DNA of 64,000 nt from Candidatus Nealsonbacteria bacterium (GCA_047456295.1 CP179887.1:45944-109943), one strand, 5' to 3'. Positions 17,146-27,082 are shown, counted from the stretch's first letter. A program made the numbers and translations. The notes: a model not told the origin generated them from the letters alone.

Positions 17146-17226
17146 CCAGAATTCATTTCTAACCATGCTTAACCATTCTCGTCACACTAAGTCGCATTTG
17201 AAGTGATTTTTTGATAGAATCGAAAT
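17146..17226 (+). repeat. Junction module J3 (degenerate tRNA-Asp-3'-like segment plus TGATAGAAT -10)
   Basis: CCAGAATTC...TCTCGTCACAC parallels CCAGAGTTCGA...TCTCGTCGTCCCC in J1. TTTTTTGATAGAAT-CGAAAT-ATG follows. Confidence 0.55.
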
Positions 17227-17254
17227 ATGAAAAAAGATTTAAGATTATCAAGAT

Positions 17255-18250
17255 ATGGATTTAGCTCTTCTTAAAAAAATTCTTGTAAAAGAACCATCTT
17301 TTCGTTTAAGGCAAGCGAAAAGAGCTATATTTAGAGACTTGATTGAAGATTGGTCAGGAGTTACAACCTTCCCTTTGTCTTTACGAGAAAAATTGAAAGA
17401 AAAATATCCTTTAAAAATTCAAGCTAAAACTTTTACCTCTAGAGACAAAAGAACAGTCAAAGCTGTTATTAATTTAAAAGACAATTTGAAAATTGAAACA
17501 GTTTTAATGCGCCATAAGAATAAGAGAAATACTGTTTGTGTTTCATCTCAGGTTGGCTGTGCTTTAGGTTGTATCTTTTGTGCTACTGGAAAGGCTGGTT
17601 TCAAAAGAAATCTTGAGGCTTTTGAAATTGTAGAACAGGTTTTATTTTTTGCTCGTTATTTAAAAAAAGAGAAACAAAAGATTACCAATATTGTCTTTAT
17701 GGGAATGGGAGAACCTTTTTTAAATTATGATAGTGTTTTGAACGCTATTAAAGTCCTAAACGATAAAGAAGGATTTAATTTGGGAGCAAGACGATTTTCA
17801 ATCTCTACTGTAGGAATTATAGAGGGTATTAAAAAATTGGCTGAAGAAAAACTTGAAGTGAATTTGGCAATTTCTCTTCATGCACCTGATGATACCCTGC
17901 GTTCAAAAATTATACCAATTAATAGAAAATATCCTCTTTCAAAAGTTTTAAAAGCAGTTGATGAGTATATTAAAAAGACTCGGCGTAGAGTAATGTTTGA
18001 ATACATAATGATAAAAGGATTAAATGATTCAGATGAGTATGCGAAAAAATTAGCAGAATTAATGAAGAAAAGAGAGCTTTCTTTTGTGAACCTTATTTCT
18101 TACAATCCCACAGGAATTTTTAAACCCTCTCTGAGTACAAGAATAAAAAAATTCAAAGATATTTTAGAAAAAGCAGGAATAGCCGTTACTCAGAGATATC
18201 GTTTTGGACAAGATATTAAGGGGGCTTGTGGTCAGCTAGCAGCTAAATAA
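17255..18250 (+). CDS. rlmN: Radical-SAM 23S rRNA/tRNA adenine-C2 methyltransferase
   Basis: CALGCIFCATG radical-SAM motif, GMGEPFLNY, and the C-terminal catalytic Cys in GACGQL. Confidence 0.9.
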   Translation: MDLALLKKILVKEPSFRLRQAKRAIFRDLIEDWSGVTTFPLSLREKLKEKYPLKIQAKTFTSRDKRTVKAVINLKDNLKIETVLMRHKNKRNTVCVSSQVGCALGCIFCATGKAGFKRNLEAFEIVEQVLFFARYLKKEKQKITNIVFMGMGEPFLNYDSVLNAIKVLNDKEGFNLGARRFSISTVGIIEGIKKLAEEKLEVNLAISLHAPDDTLRSKIIPINRKYPLSKVLKAVDEYIKKTRRRVMFEYIMIKGLNDSDEYAKKLAELMKKRELSFVNLISYNPTGIFKPSLSTRIKKFKDILEKAGIAVTQRYRFGQDIKGACGQLAAK

Positions 18251-18465
18251 GTTTATTAATTAAAGATCAGATTAACCAATAAAAAAATCAAAAATCTGAC
18301 CAAGAGATATAGAGATAACTAATACTGCTAATTTTAGTCTTTCTGAAGAGTTTTTTTCTTAAGACCATAAGACAGTTTTTGTTTAGGTGGCTGACTTCAT
18401 CGTCCATCCGTTATTATAAGTAATTTATCAGGTTTTTTTCAAAATCCACCTAACTAAAATTCTAA

Positions 18466-18512
18466 AATCGTTTCGTAGTCCCCGAATACCACTGCCCAGC
18501 GGGGACATTTTT
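18466..18512 (+). repeat. Junction-like relic J7 (tRNA-3'-like segment plus hairpin with T-run)
   Basis: TTCTAAAATCGTTTCGTAGTCCCCGAA resembles J6. GTCCCCG-N15-CGGGGAC stem is followed by ATTTTT. Confidence 0.45.
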
Positions 18513-18715
18513 GTTTTAAGTTGTTGAATAATTCTCCCAAAACCAATTTCCAATACATTTAATTCTCTCTCTTTTCGTAAGTTAAAGTTGGTTTTGGTAG
18601 GTGGGGACCTTAAAAATACCAAATAATGGGTATTTTTCATCTTAATTTATTATTTTTTATTCACACCCTTGAGCTTGATTTTACCTTAATTTTAAGCTAA
18701 AATGAATATGAGATT

Positions 18716-19768
18716 ATGGCAAAAATTGACCTGAAAACCATCAAGAATAAGGCTGGAAAAGAGATTAAAAAGAGCCAGACCTTAAAGGAATTGGATAGGG
18801 TTTTTAAGAGATATCTGGGAAAAAAAGGGGATCTTTCCTGGATTTTGCGTTCTTTAAACAAGATGCCAAAAACAAAAAGGATAAAGATGGGGAAAAAGGC
18901 AAATCAGCTTAAAGAGTTTTTAGAAGAAGCGATTGCCAAAAAGAGTGGGGAAATCAGAAAAAAAACAAAGAAATCATTAGAGGGGACAGAATGGTTTGAC
19001 ATTACCATTCCTGGAAAGAAACCTGTTTCCGGTCACTTACATCCTTTAACCCAGGCAAAGAAAAAAGCCGAAGAGATTTTTCAATCAATGGGTTTTTCAA
19101 TAGCTGAAGGTCCAGAACTTGAAAGTGAATGGTATAACTTTGATGCCTTAAACTTTCCCTCAGAACATCCAGCTAGAGAGATGCAGGATACCTTGTTTAT
19201 AAAACAAAAGAATAGAGAAAGATTACCTAGTACAGCTAAGCTTTTAATGAGAACTCACACTTCTCCGGTTCAGATTCGTTATATCAAAGAAAATCAGCCT
19301 CCTCTAAGAATTATTATTCCAGGCAGGGTCTTTAGACATGAAGCCACCGATGTTTCCCATGAGATTAATTTCTATCACGTGGAAGGGTTGATGGTTGATA
19401 AGAAAATCTCGGTAGCAAATTTTAAAGCCATAATAAAGGAGTTTTTAAAAAGATTCTTTGAAAAAGAGCTTAAGATTCGTCTCCGTCCCAGTTATTTTCC
19501 TTTTACCGAACCTTCTTTTGAGATTGACTTTTCCTGCCCCATGTGTGGAGGAAAAGGATGTTCTATTTGTAAAAAAAGAGGGTGGTTGGAGATTATGGGA
19601 GCAGGAATGGTTCATCCTAATGTGTTTAAGAATGCTGGTTTGAACCCTAAAAACTGGCAGGGTTTTGCCTTTGGAATGGGATTAGACAGATTAACAATGA
19701 TGAAATACAAAATAAGCGATATTAGATTATTTTACGGAGGGGACTTGAGATTTTTAATCCAATTCTAA
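18716..19768 (+). CDS. pheS: Phenylalanyl-tRNA synthetase alpha subunit
   Basis: Class II motifs (RTHTSPVQIR, FRHEATDVSH, GFAFGMGLDRL) with the CPMCGGKGCSIC knuckle. Confidence 0.9.
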   Translation: MAKIDLKTIKNKAGKEIKKSQTLKELDRVFKRYLGKKGDLSWILRSLNKMPKTKRIKMGKKANQLKEFLEEAIAKKSGEIRKKTKKSLEGTEWFDITIPGKKPVSGHLHPLTQAKKKAEEIFQSMGFSIAEGPELESEWYNFDALNFPSEHPAREMQDTLFIKQKNRERLPSTAKLLMRTHTSPVQIRYIKENQPPLRIIIPGRVFRHEATDVSHEINFYHVEGLMVDKKISVANFKAIIKEFLKRFFEKELKIRLRPSYFPFTEPSFEIDFSCPMCGGKGCSICKKRGWLEIMGAGMVHPNVFKNAGLNPKNWQGFAFGMGLDRLTMMKYKISDIRLFYGGDLRFLIQF

Positions 19769-19777
19769 TTCATTAAC

Positions 19778-21808
19778 ATGTTATTTTCTTATAACTGGTT
19801 ACAATCATTTTTTAAAGAAAAACTACCCAGACCCCAAAAACTAGGGGAGGTTTTAACAATGCATAGTTTTGAAGTTGAAGAAATAGAAAAAGAGAAGAAT
19901 GATTGGTTATTGGACATTGATATATTGCCAAACAGGGGTCCTGATTGTTTTTCTCATTTAGGTGTGGCCAGGGAGATTGCTGCTGTCTTAAATCTTAAAT
20001 TACGATTTGAAGATTACAAATTAAAGGAACAAGGAAACAAAACAAAAGATTACATAAAAGTAATGGTTAAAAACAAAGAGGAGTGCCTGAGATATACAGC
20101 CAGGGTTATTACAGATATTAAGGTTGCTCCTTCTCCTAAATGGATTCAAGATAGATTAAAGGCTTTGGGTTTAAAACCCATTAATAACGTGGTTGATATT
20201 TCAAATTACGTTATGCTGGAAACCGGACAACCATTGCATGCTTTTGATTTGGACAAGATATCTGATTGTAAGATAATTGTGAGAAGAGCCAAAAAAGGAG
20301 AGAAAATAATTACCTTAGACAATGAAAGGTATGAACTGGATAAGGATGTCTTGGTGATTGCTGATTCTAAAAATCCTTTGGCAATAGCTGGAATCAAAGG
20401 CGGAAAAAGAGCTGAGATAGACAAGAAGACAAAAACCATTGTTTTGGAGTCTGCTAATTTTAATCAGAGGGTTGTCCGCCGGGGTTCTAAGAAGATTGAT
20501 TTAAAAACAGATGCTTCCTGGCGATTTGAACATGGTTTGGATTTGAACTTAACTGAAACAGCAATAAACAGAGTAGCTTATTTAATGGAAGATATTGCAG
20601 ACGGAAAGATATGTCAGGGATTGGTTGATTTTTATCCTCAAAAGGTTTCTCCAAAGAAAATTAAATTGGATTTAGATTACCTTGAAGATTTGCTGGGAGT
20701 GAAAATTCCACCAAGGAAGATAAAGAATATATTAAAGAACCTGGGTTTTAGTGTCTCTCAAGATTCTTCATCTTCTCAGCTCTTAGTCTGGGTTCCAACC
20801 TTTAGATTGGATATTGCCATTCCCGAAGATCTAATCGAGGAAATTGGCAGGGTTTATGGTTATCACAGGATTCCTTCAGTTTTTCCCACAGCAGCTTTAG
20901 TTCCGCCAGAAAGAAACCTCAATATCTTCTGGGAGGATATGACAAAGAAGGTATTGAAGGAAGCTGGATTTAGCGAGATTTACAGCAATTCTTTTGTAAA
21001 TAAAAAAGAAGCAGAACTCTTTAACTACAAAGACTCTCGGTTGATAGAAACAGATAATCCCATCAGTGCTGATTACCAATATTTAAGGCCAAGTCTGATT
21101 CCAAACCTTCTGAAGAGTGTTAAGAAAAATCAAAGATTTTTTGGCAACATTAGAATTTTTGAGCTGGGAAAAATCTTTAAAAACTCAAAGGTTAAAGAAA
21201 AAAGAGCCCTTACCGGATTAATGACAGGAGATGTATTCTATGGGGCAAAAGGGATTGTAGATATGCTTTTGAATAAGCTGGGTATCAGTGATATCTGGTA
21301 TGACCAGTATCAACCCACACCAGAAGAATCAAAGATATCTATCTGGCATCCTAAAAAATGTGCTGAAATCAAGGTTGGTGGAAAAGAAATAGGATTTTTA
21401 GGAGAAATATCTGGTAAGGTGATGGAAGATTTAAAATTAAAGTCCAGGATAGTGGTTTTTGATTTTGATTTTGAAAAATTACAGAAGATTGCTTCTGAAG
21501 AACAGGAGTTCAAACCCATTTCCTCTTATCCATCAGCTGTCAGAGACATAGCAGTATTGGTTCCCAGAGATGTCTTGGTGGTAGATGTGTTGAATAAGAT
21601 TGAAGCAGCTGGAGGTAGATTGATTAGGGATATCGACCTCTTTGATATCTATGAAGGTGAAGAGATATCAGAGGGAAAAAAGAATTTAGCTTTTCATATC
21701 ATTTATCAGGCAGAAGATAGAACCCTGTCTTCAAAAGAAATAGACGGAGTTCAAAATAGGATAATTAAGGTTTTAGAAAAAGAATCAGGATGGGAGGCGA
21801 GGAGATAG
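19778..21808 (+). CDS. pheT: Phenylalanyl-tRNA synthetase beta subunit (short, no N-terminal tRNA-binding domain)
   Basis: MLFSYNWL start, B3/4, B5 and C-terminal FDX-ACB domain patterns. Confidence 0.9.
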   Translation: MLFSYNWLQSFFKEKLPRPQKLGEVLTMHSFEVEEIEKEKNDWLLDIDILPNRGPDCFSHLGVAREIAAVLNLKLRFEDYKLKEQGNKTKDYIKVMVKNKEECLRYTARVITDIKVAPSPKWIQDRLKALGLKPINNVVDISNYVMLETGQPLHAFDLDKISDCKIIVRRAKKGEKIITLDNERYELDKDVLVIADSKNPLAIAGIKGGKRAEIDKKTKTIVLESANFNQRVVRRGSKKIDLKTDASWRFEHGLDLNLTETAINRVAYLMEDIADGKICQGLVDFYPQKVSPKKIKLDLDYLEDLLGVKIPPRKIKNILKNLGFSVSQDSSSSQLLVWVPTFRLDIAIPEDLIEEIGRVYGYHRIPSVFPTAALVPPERNLNIFWEDMTKKVLKEAGFSEIYSNSFVNKKEAELFNYKDSRLIETDNPISADYQYLRPSLIPNLLKSVKKNQRFFGNIRIFELGKIFKNSKVKEKRALTGLMTGDVFYGAKGIVDMLLNKLGISDIWYDQYQPTPEESKISIWHPKKCAEIKVGGKEIGFLGEISGKVMEDLKLKSRIVVFDFDFEKLQKIASEEQEFKPISSYPSAVRDIAVLVPRDVLVVDVLNKIEAAGGRLIRDIDLFDIYEGEEISEGKKNLAFHIIYQAEDRTLSSKEIDGVQNRIIKVLEKESGWEARR

Positions 21809-21859
21809 GTTTTAATTTTAATAAAGGCAGGCTTTTTTATTTCAACCAATAGTAAAAAA

Positions 21860-24800
21860 ATGAAGAAGAAAAAAATTAAAAAGAGAAAAAAAACTAAATT
21901 AACATATACGGCAAAGGACATTTATGTGCTGCACGGTTTGGAACCCATCAGAAAAAGACCGGGAATGTATATTGGTTCAACCGGACCTGAAGGATTGCAT
22001 CATTTAATCAGGGAGTGCGTGGGAAACAGTATTGACGAAGCCATCATGGGTTATTGTAACGATATTAAGGTTTTTCTTTTGCCTGGAGACAGGATTAAGA
22101 TTGAAGACAATGGAAGGGGTATTCCTGTAGACAAGCATCCTCAGACCAAAAAATCAGCTTTGGAGACCGTAATGACCACCTTACATGCCGGAGCTAAGTT
22201 CGGAGGAAAGGTGTATGTTTCTACAGGTGGCTTGCACGGAATTGGTGTTTCCGTGGTTTGTGCCCTGTCAAGATATATGAAAGCCGAGGTTTGTCGGGAA
22301 GGCTTCAGGTATTCCCAGGAATATTCAAAGGGAAAAGTAAAAACAAAATTGAAGAAAATCGGAAGATGTAAGGACAGGGGAACGATTATTACTTTTGAAC
22401 CTGATCCTGAAATCTTTAAAGACATAAAGTTTAATAAAAAGAAGATCATAAATTATCTCCGTCAGCAGGCTTACCTGACCAAGGGCTTGAGGATTACCTT
22501 AATAGACAAAACAGTAAAGCCCAATACCACTTATAGTTTTTATTTTGAAGGAGGGATAGTTTCTTACGTTAAGTATTTAACTCAAGGCCGTAGTCTCCTT
22601 CACCGGAATACTTTTTATTGTTTTGAGGAAAAAGATGGAATCTTGGTTGAGACTGCTTTTGTTTATACCGATGAATATGAATGTTATGAAGATGCCTTTG
22701 CCAATAATATTCACACTGCTGAAGGAGGGACCCATTTGACAGGTTTCAGGAGCGCTTTAACCAGGACATTCAATGATTATGCCAGGAGGAATGAATTTTT
22801 AAAAGAAAACAGCACTAATTTCAGCGGTCAGGATACCAGAGAGGGTTTGACAGCAGTGGTTTCCATTAAAATAAGAGATCCCCAGTTTGAGGGTCAGACC
22901 AAGTCAAAGTTAGGGAATTCTGAAGCCAAGACAGTGGTTGAACACGTGGTGGGCAAGACCCTGACAGATTTCTTGGAGAGAAACCCTACTGATGCCAAGG
23001 AAATAATCCAGAGATTCATTTTAGCCCAGAAAGCAAGGAAGGCTGCTAAAGCTGCCAAAGATATTATTTTGCGAAAGAGGCTTTTAGATGGTTTAGCCCT
23101 GCCTGGAAAACTGGCTGATTGTTCTTCTAAAAACGCAGAAGAATCAGAATTATATATAGTTGAAGGCGAGTCTGCTGGAGGAAGTAGCAGGCAGGCCAGG
23201 GACCGTCACTTCCAAGCCATTCTGCCTCTTCGGGGTAAAATCCTGAATGTGGAAAGAGCCCGTCTCGATAAAATCCTTTCTTCAAAAGAAATAAAATCCT
23301 TAGTCATAGCTTTAGGTACTGCTATTGCTGAAGATTTTAATATTGAAAAAGTCAGGTATCATCGAATTATCATAATGTGTGATGCAGATAGCATAACAGG
23401 TGATACTCCTATTTTTCTTTATAACAAAGAAAAGCAAGAATTTTTCTTAAGTAAAGTAGGGGAATTTATTGAAAACTGTGATGATACCAGTGAATATATG
23501 GTCTTGACCTACAATCAAAAAAATGGGAAGCGAGAATTAAAAGAAATTCGTCAGACAATAAAGCATCCCTTAAGGACTCCACTTTACGAGATAAAAACCT
23601 ATTGCGGTTATCCTATCAAGGTAACCTCTTGTCATAGTGTTTATGTTTTTGAAAATGGAAAGGTGATAACTAAAAAGGGTGATGAGGTTAAAAAAGGAGA
23701 TTTACTCGTTTTTCCCAAAACCTTTCCTCGTCAGAACAAAGAATATATTATGTCTCTGAAAGATGTAATTTTGAATTCGGATTTTAGAAATATCTCTGTG
23801 AAGGTTCCCCAGGATTATGTAAAAGAAATACCATTAAGGGCCTGGTGTGAATTGGATTCCCCTTTATGGAATAGACTTCAGAAAAAAAGAGAATTAGCCA
23901 GGGTTTCTCGGCGAGTAATGGGAGAATCAATTGGGATTTATGATAGGGTTATTCAGCAATGGGAACAAAAGATTGATAACGTAATGCCCAGATTCTGTCA
24001 ATTTCAAAAGTATCTGAATCAACTTGAAATAGATAATAAGAATTTAAATTACAATATTTATATTCCCTTAAAAGATTGGAAAGATAAGAATATTTCAAGA
24101 GAAACTCCATTGTATTATGGAAATCATTCTCGGATTTTAAGAACAAGGTTTGAATTAAATGATGATCTCGCTTATTTACTTGGTTTTTATTTAGGAGATG
24201 GTTGTGCTTGTCCAGAGAAAAATAGTCCAAATAGATTTTCGATTTCTTTAAACAAAGACAAGTCAGAAAAATATCTTGAGAGACTTTCTCGAATAATAAA
24301 AGAGAAATTCAATGCAAAAGCTATTTTAAACCACCGTAAAACCAATGATATCCAACTTTATTTCCATTCGTTTGAGTTTAAATTACTCTTAATAAAACTG
24401 GGTCTCTTAGGAAAGAAATGTAATGAAAAGTTTATTCCTGATATTTTCTTTAATGTTAAAAGAGAAATTCAGGAGGATTTACTTGAAGGGTTGCTCCATA
24501 GTGACGGGTTTATTACGGTCTGGCCAAAAGGTAAAGCAAAGAAAGCAATTTATGGGTGGAGATTGTCTTCCCAAAGACTGATTCAGGGAATTCTTACCAT
24601 TTTTAGGCAGTGGGGAATATTTCCAGCATACACTGTCTGTCAGACCAAGGATCATTTCAGAAGAGATGGAAAGATTATTCGTTCTAATTTTAAATCTTAC
24701 GATTTATCAATTTCTACTGTTGAATATTTACTTAAAACTGAGAAGGTTTGGACTGGACATAAAGATGCTCAAAAATTAAAGAATTATCTAAAGAAAGTGG

Positions 24801-25378
24801 ATTACAAAAAAGTCATTGGCAAGTACATAAAACCCATTTCTCAAGACTTCGTTGGGTTAAAGGTAAAAAAAATTAAAAAGTTAAAAAATACAGATGAATT
24901 TGTTTATGATTTTTCAGTTCAGGGAGACCAAAATTTTATAGCCGGGACAGGTGGAGTATTATTGCATAATTCTGATGGTAATCACATTAAAGCCCTGCTC
25001 TTGACTTTATTTTACCGTTACTTTAAACCTTTAATTGAGAAGGGTTATCTGTATATTGCCCAGCCTCCTCTTTATAAAATTCAAGCCGGGAAAGAGATTC
25101 AATTCGCTTATACCGAGAATCAGAAATTAAATATCTTAAAGTCAATGAAAAAAAGAGTTGGTATTTCTATTCAAAGATACAAGGGTTTAGGAGAGATGAA
25201 TGCAGGAGAGTTATGGGAAACAACCATGGATCCTGAAAATAGGATTTTACTTCAGGTCACTATTGAAGATGCCAGGGAGGCAGATAAGATTTTTGACACC
25301 TTGATGGGAAAGGAAGTTTCATCAAGAAAGAAGTTTATTCAAACCTATGCAAAAAAGGTGAAGAATCTTGATATTTAA
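21860..25378 (+). CDS. gyrB: DNA gyrase subunit B precursor containing an intein
   Basis: GHKL ATPase motifs (GLHHLIRECVGNSIDEA, GGLHGIG), Toprim EGESAGG, and a C-terminal YKGLGEMN motif. 1172 aa; about 645 aa once the intein is removed. Confidence 0.9.
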   Translation: MKKKKIKKRKKTKLTYTAKDIYVLHGLEPIRKRPGMYIGSTGPEGLHHLIRECVGNSIDEAIMGYCNDIKVFLLPGDRIKIEDNGRGIPVDKHPQTKKSALETVMTTLHAGAKFGGKVYVSTGGLHGIGVSVVCALSRYMKAEVCREGFRYSQEYSKGKVKTKLKKIGRCKDRGTIITFEPDPEIFKDIKFNKKKIINYLRQQAYLTKGLRITLIDKTVKPNTTYSFYFEGGIVSYVKYLTQGRSLLHRNTFYCFEEKDGILVETAFVYTDEYECYEDAFANNIHTAEGGTHLTGFRSALTRTFNDYARRNEFLKENSTNFSGQDTREGLTAVVSIKIRDPQFEGQTKSKLGNSEAKTVVEHVVGKTLTDFLERNPTDAKEIIQRFILAQKARKAAKAAKDIILRKRLLDGLALPGKLADCSSKNAEESELYIVEGESAGGSSRQARDRHFQAILPLRGKILNVERARLDKILSSKEIKSLVIALGTAIAEDFNIEKVRYHRIIIMCDADSITGDTPIFLYNKEKQEFFLSKVGEFIENCDDTSEYMVLTYNQKNGKRELKEIRQTIKHPLRTPLYEIKTYCGYPIKVTSCHSVYVFENGKVITKKGDEVKKGDLLVFPKTFPRQNKEYIMSLKDVILNSDFRNISVKVPQDYVKEIPLRAWCELDSPLWNRLQKKRELARVSRRVMGESIGIYDRVIQQWEQKIDNVMPRFCQFQKYLNQLEIDNKNLNYNIYIPLKDWKDKNISRETPLYYGNHSRILRTRFELNDDLAYLLGFYLGDGCACPEKNSPNRFSISLNKDKSEKYLERLSRIIKEKFNAKAILNHRKTNDIQLYFHSFEFKLLLIKLGLLGKKCNEKFIPDIFFNVKREIQEDLLEGLLHSDGFITVWPKGKAKKAIYGWRLSSQRLIQGILTIFRQWGIFPAYTVCQTKDHFRRDGKIIRSNFKSYDLSISTVEYLLKTEKVWTGHKDAQKLKNYLKKVDYKKVIGKYIKPISQDFVGLKVKKIKKLKNTDEFVYDFSVQGDQNFIAGTGGVLLHNSDGNHIKALLLTLFYRYFKPLIEKGYLYIAQPPLYKIQAGKEIQFAYTENQKLNILKSMKKRVGISIQRYKGLGEMNAGELWETTMDPENRILLQVTIEDAREADKIFDTLMGKEVSSRKKFIQTYAKKVKNLDI
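23390..24970 (+). mobile_element. Intein (527 aa) with LAGLIDADG homing-endonuclease domain, inserted in the GyrB Toprim DxD motif
   Basis: N-extein ends IIIMCDAD. Intein starts SITGDTPIFL (block A with Ser1) and ends VLLHN, with +1 Ser (SDGNHI). LAGLIDADG motifs are LLGFYLGDGCA and LLEGLLHSDGF. Confidence 0.85.
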
Positions 25379-25393
25379 CATTGAAAAAATAAT

Positions 25394-25594
25394 ATGAATT
25401 TTAAAAATATTCCCATAAAAATTAATACCTTTTTTAAAGAAATCAAGGTAGAGATTAGGAAGGTTAATTGGCCAACAAGAAAGGAAACCATAAGAGATAC
25501 CTTGATTGTCATCGGGGTTTCAATAGTAGTTGCCATATTTTTAGGTGGAATAGATTTTCTCTTTACCACCTTATTAAATAGATTTATACTTTAG
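25394..25594 (+). CDS. secE: Preprotein translocase subunit SecE
   Basis: 66 aa with VNWPTRKE followed by a single TM helix. Immediately upstream of nusG. Confidence 0.85.
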   Translation: MNFKNIPIKINTFFKEIKVEIRKVNWPTRKETIRDTLIVIGVSIVVAIFLGGIDFLFTTLLNRFIL

Positions 25595-25598
25595 AAAT

Positions 25599-26144
25599 AT
25601 GCCAAAGCAAAAAATAATCCAAAAGAGAAGCTGGTATGTGCTCCATACCTATTCAGGGTATGAAGAATCTGTGGCCAAGAATTTAAGACAAAGGATTGAG
25701 TCTTTGGGTATGGAAGATAAAATCTTTAATGTTATTGTTCCCAAGGAAAAAAAGATAAAGATTAAAGCAGGCAAGAGAAAGGTGATTGAAGAAAAGATTT
25801 ATCCAGGTTATGTGCTGGTGGAAATGATTGTTACAGATGATTCCTGGTATGTTGTCAGGAATACCCCTAACGTTACTGGTTTTATCGGGGCTGGTACCAT
25901 TCCTATTCCGGTTTCAGAAAAAGAGATTAATGACCTGAAAAAGAGGATGGAGGTGAAAGAGCCCCAGTACAAGATTAAGGTTAAAATTGGTGATTTGGTA
26001 AAGATTACAGATGGTCCTTTTAAGGATTTTGAAGGCAAGGTTTCTGAGATTGATGAAGAAAAGGGGAAGATAAAGGTCTTGGTAAATATATTTGGAAGAG
26101 ACACGCCTGTTGAGTTAGATTCCCTCCAGGCCAAGAAGCTTTAA
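25599..26144 (+). CDS. nusG: Transcription termination/antitermination factor NusG
   Basis: [14 protein letters not shown] start and a C-terminal KOW domain ([18 protein letters not shown]). Confidence 0.9.
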   Translation: MPKQKIIQKRSWYVLHTYSGYEESVAKNLRQRIESLGMEDKIFNVIVPKEKKIKIKAGKRKVIEEKIYPGYVLVEMIVTDDSWYVVRNTPNVTGFIGAGTIPIPVSEKEINDLKKRMEVKEPQYKIKVKIGDLVKITDGPFKDFEGKVSEIDEEKGKIKVLVNIFGRDTPVELDSLQAKKL

Positions 26145-26170
26145 TATTAAACCTATCTAATGACAAGATT

Positions 26171-26593
26171 ATGGCAAAAAAAATAAAAGCCGTCATAAAA
26201 TTACAGATTCCAGGAGGTAAAGCTACTCCTGCACCTCCTGTAGGGCCTTCTTTGGCCCAGCATGGATTAAATATTGCTGAATTCTGCAAGAAGTTTAATG
26301 ATGCAACCCAGAATCAGCAGGGAGCTAAGATTCCTGTAGTGGTTACCATATATGAGGACAAGAGTTATACCTTTAAGACAAAGCAACCCTTGATCTCTGA
26401 TTTATTGAAAAAAGCAGCTGGTATTGAGAAGGGTTCAGGAGAGCCTAACAGAAAAAAGGTGGGCAAGATTACAAAAGAACAGCTAAGAAAGATAGCTGAA
26501 CAAAAGATAGCTGATTTAAATACCGAAGACATAGAAAAAGCAATGAAGATTATACAGGCTACAGCTAAAAACATGGGAATAGAAGTTCAATAA
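26171..26593 (+). CDS. rplK: 50S ribosomal protein L11
   Basis: [26 protein letters not shown] motif. Confidence 0.95.
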   Translation: MAKKIKAVIKLQIPGGKATPAPPVGPSLAQHGLNIAEFCKKFNDATQNQQGAKIPVVVTIYEDKSYTFKTKQPLISDLLKKAAGIEKGSGEPNRKKVGKITKEQLRKIAEQKIADLNTEDIEKAMKIIQATAKNMGIEVQ

Positions 26594-26602
26594 ACAATCT
26601 CT

Positions 26603-27082
26603 ATGTTAAATTCAAGAATCAATTTGAAAATAGCAGTAATTATCCTTGGCATTGCCATAATAGGAGCATTAATTTTAATTCAGAATGAGTATTCTTTAAC
26701 CAAAAAAGAGATAGATGATTTGATTGAAAATCAGTTTGTTGATTTCCAGTATCAGAAAAGAAAAGCTGTTCAGGAAGAAACAGTATATATCATTAATAAG
26801 GGAAATGAGGACGTGCTCTACTATGAAATAGTGCCTTCTGAAGACTCAACTGTCTTTTCCTTGCTGGAGGAGTTAAGCCAGAGAGAGAATTTTGAGCTAG
26901 AATCAACCTTATATGAGGGAATGGGCGTATTTGTTGAAAGTATTGATGGTCTCAGGAATGGAACCCAAGATAAATATTGGCAATACTGGGTTAATAATGA
27001 ATTGCCCCAGGTTGCTGCAGATAAAATGCAGATTAAGAAAAATGATGTTATTGAGTGGAGATTTGAGGCTTCTACTTTTTAG
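26603..27082 (+). CDS. Membrane-anchored DUF4430-like (transcobalamin beta-domain-like) protein
   Basis: N-terminal TM helix, then GVFVESIDGLRNGTQDKYWQYWVNNE...KNDVIEWRF, the typical DUF4430 core. Confidence 0.65.
   Translation: MLNSRINLKIAVIILGIAIIGALILIQNEYSLTKKEIDDLIENQFVDFQYQKRKAVQEETVYIINKGNEDVLYYEIVPSEDSTVFSLLEELSQRENFELESTLYEGMGVFVESIDGLRNGTQDKYWQYWVNNELPQVAADKMQIKKNDVIEWRFEASTF

Noticed and set aside
18428-18640. 70-aa minus-strand ORF in the rlmN-pheS spacer as a real gene.
   Set aside because: It has no SD or promoter and overlaps hairpins and repeat relics. It is retained only as a possible coding relic in the findings.
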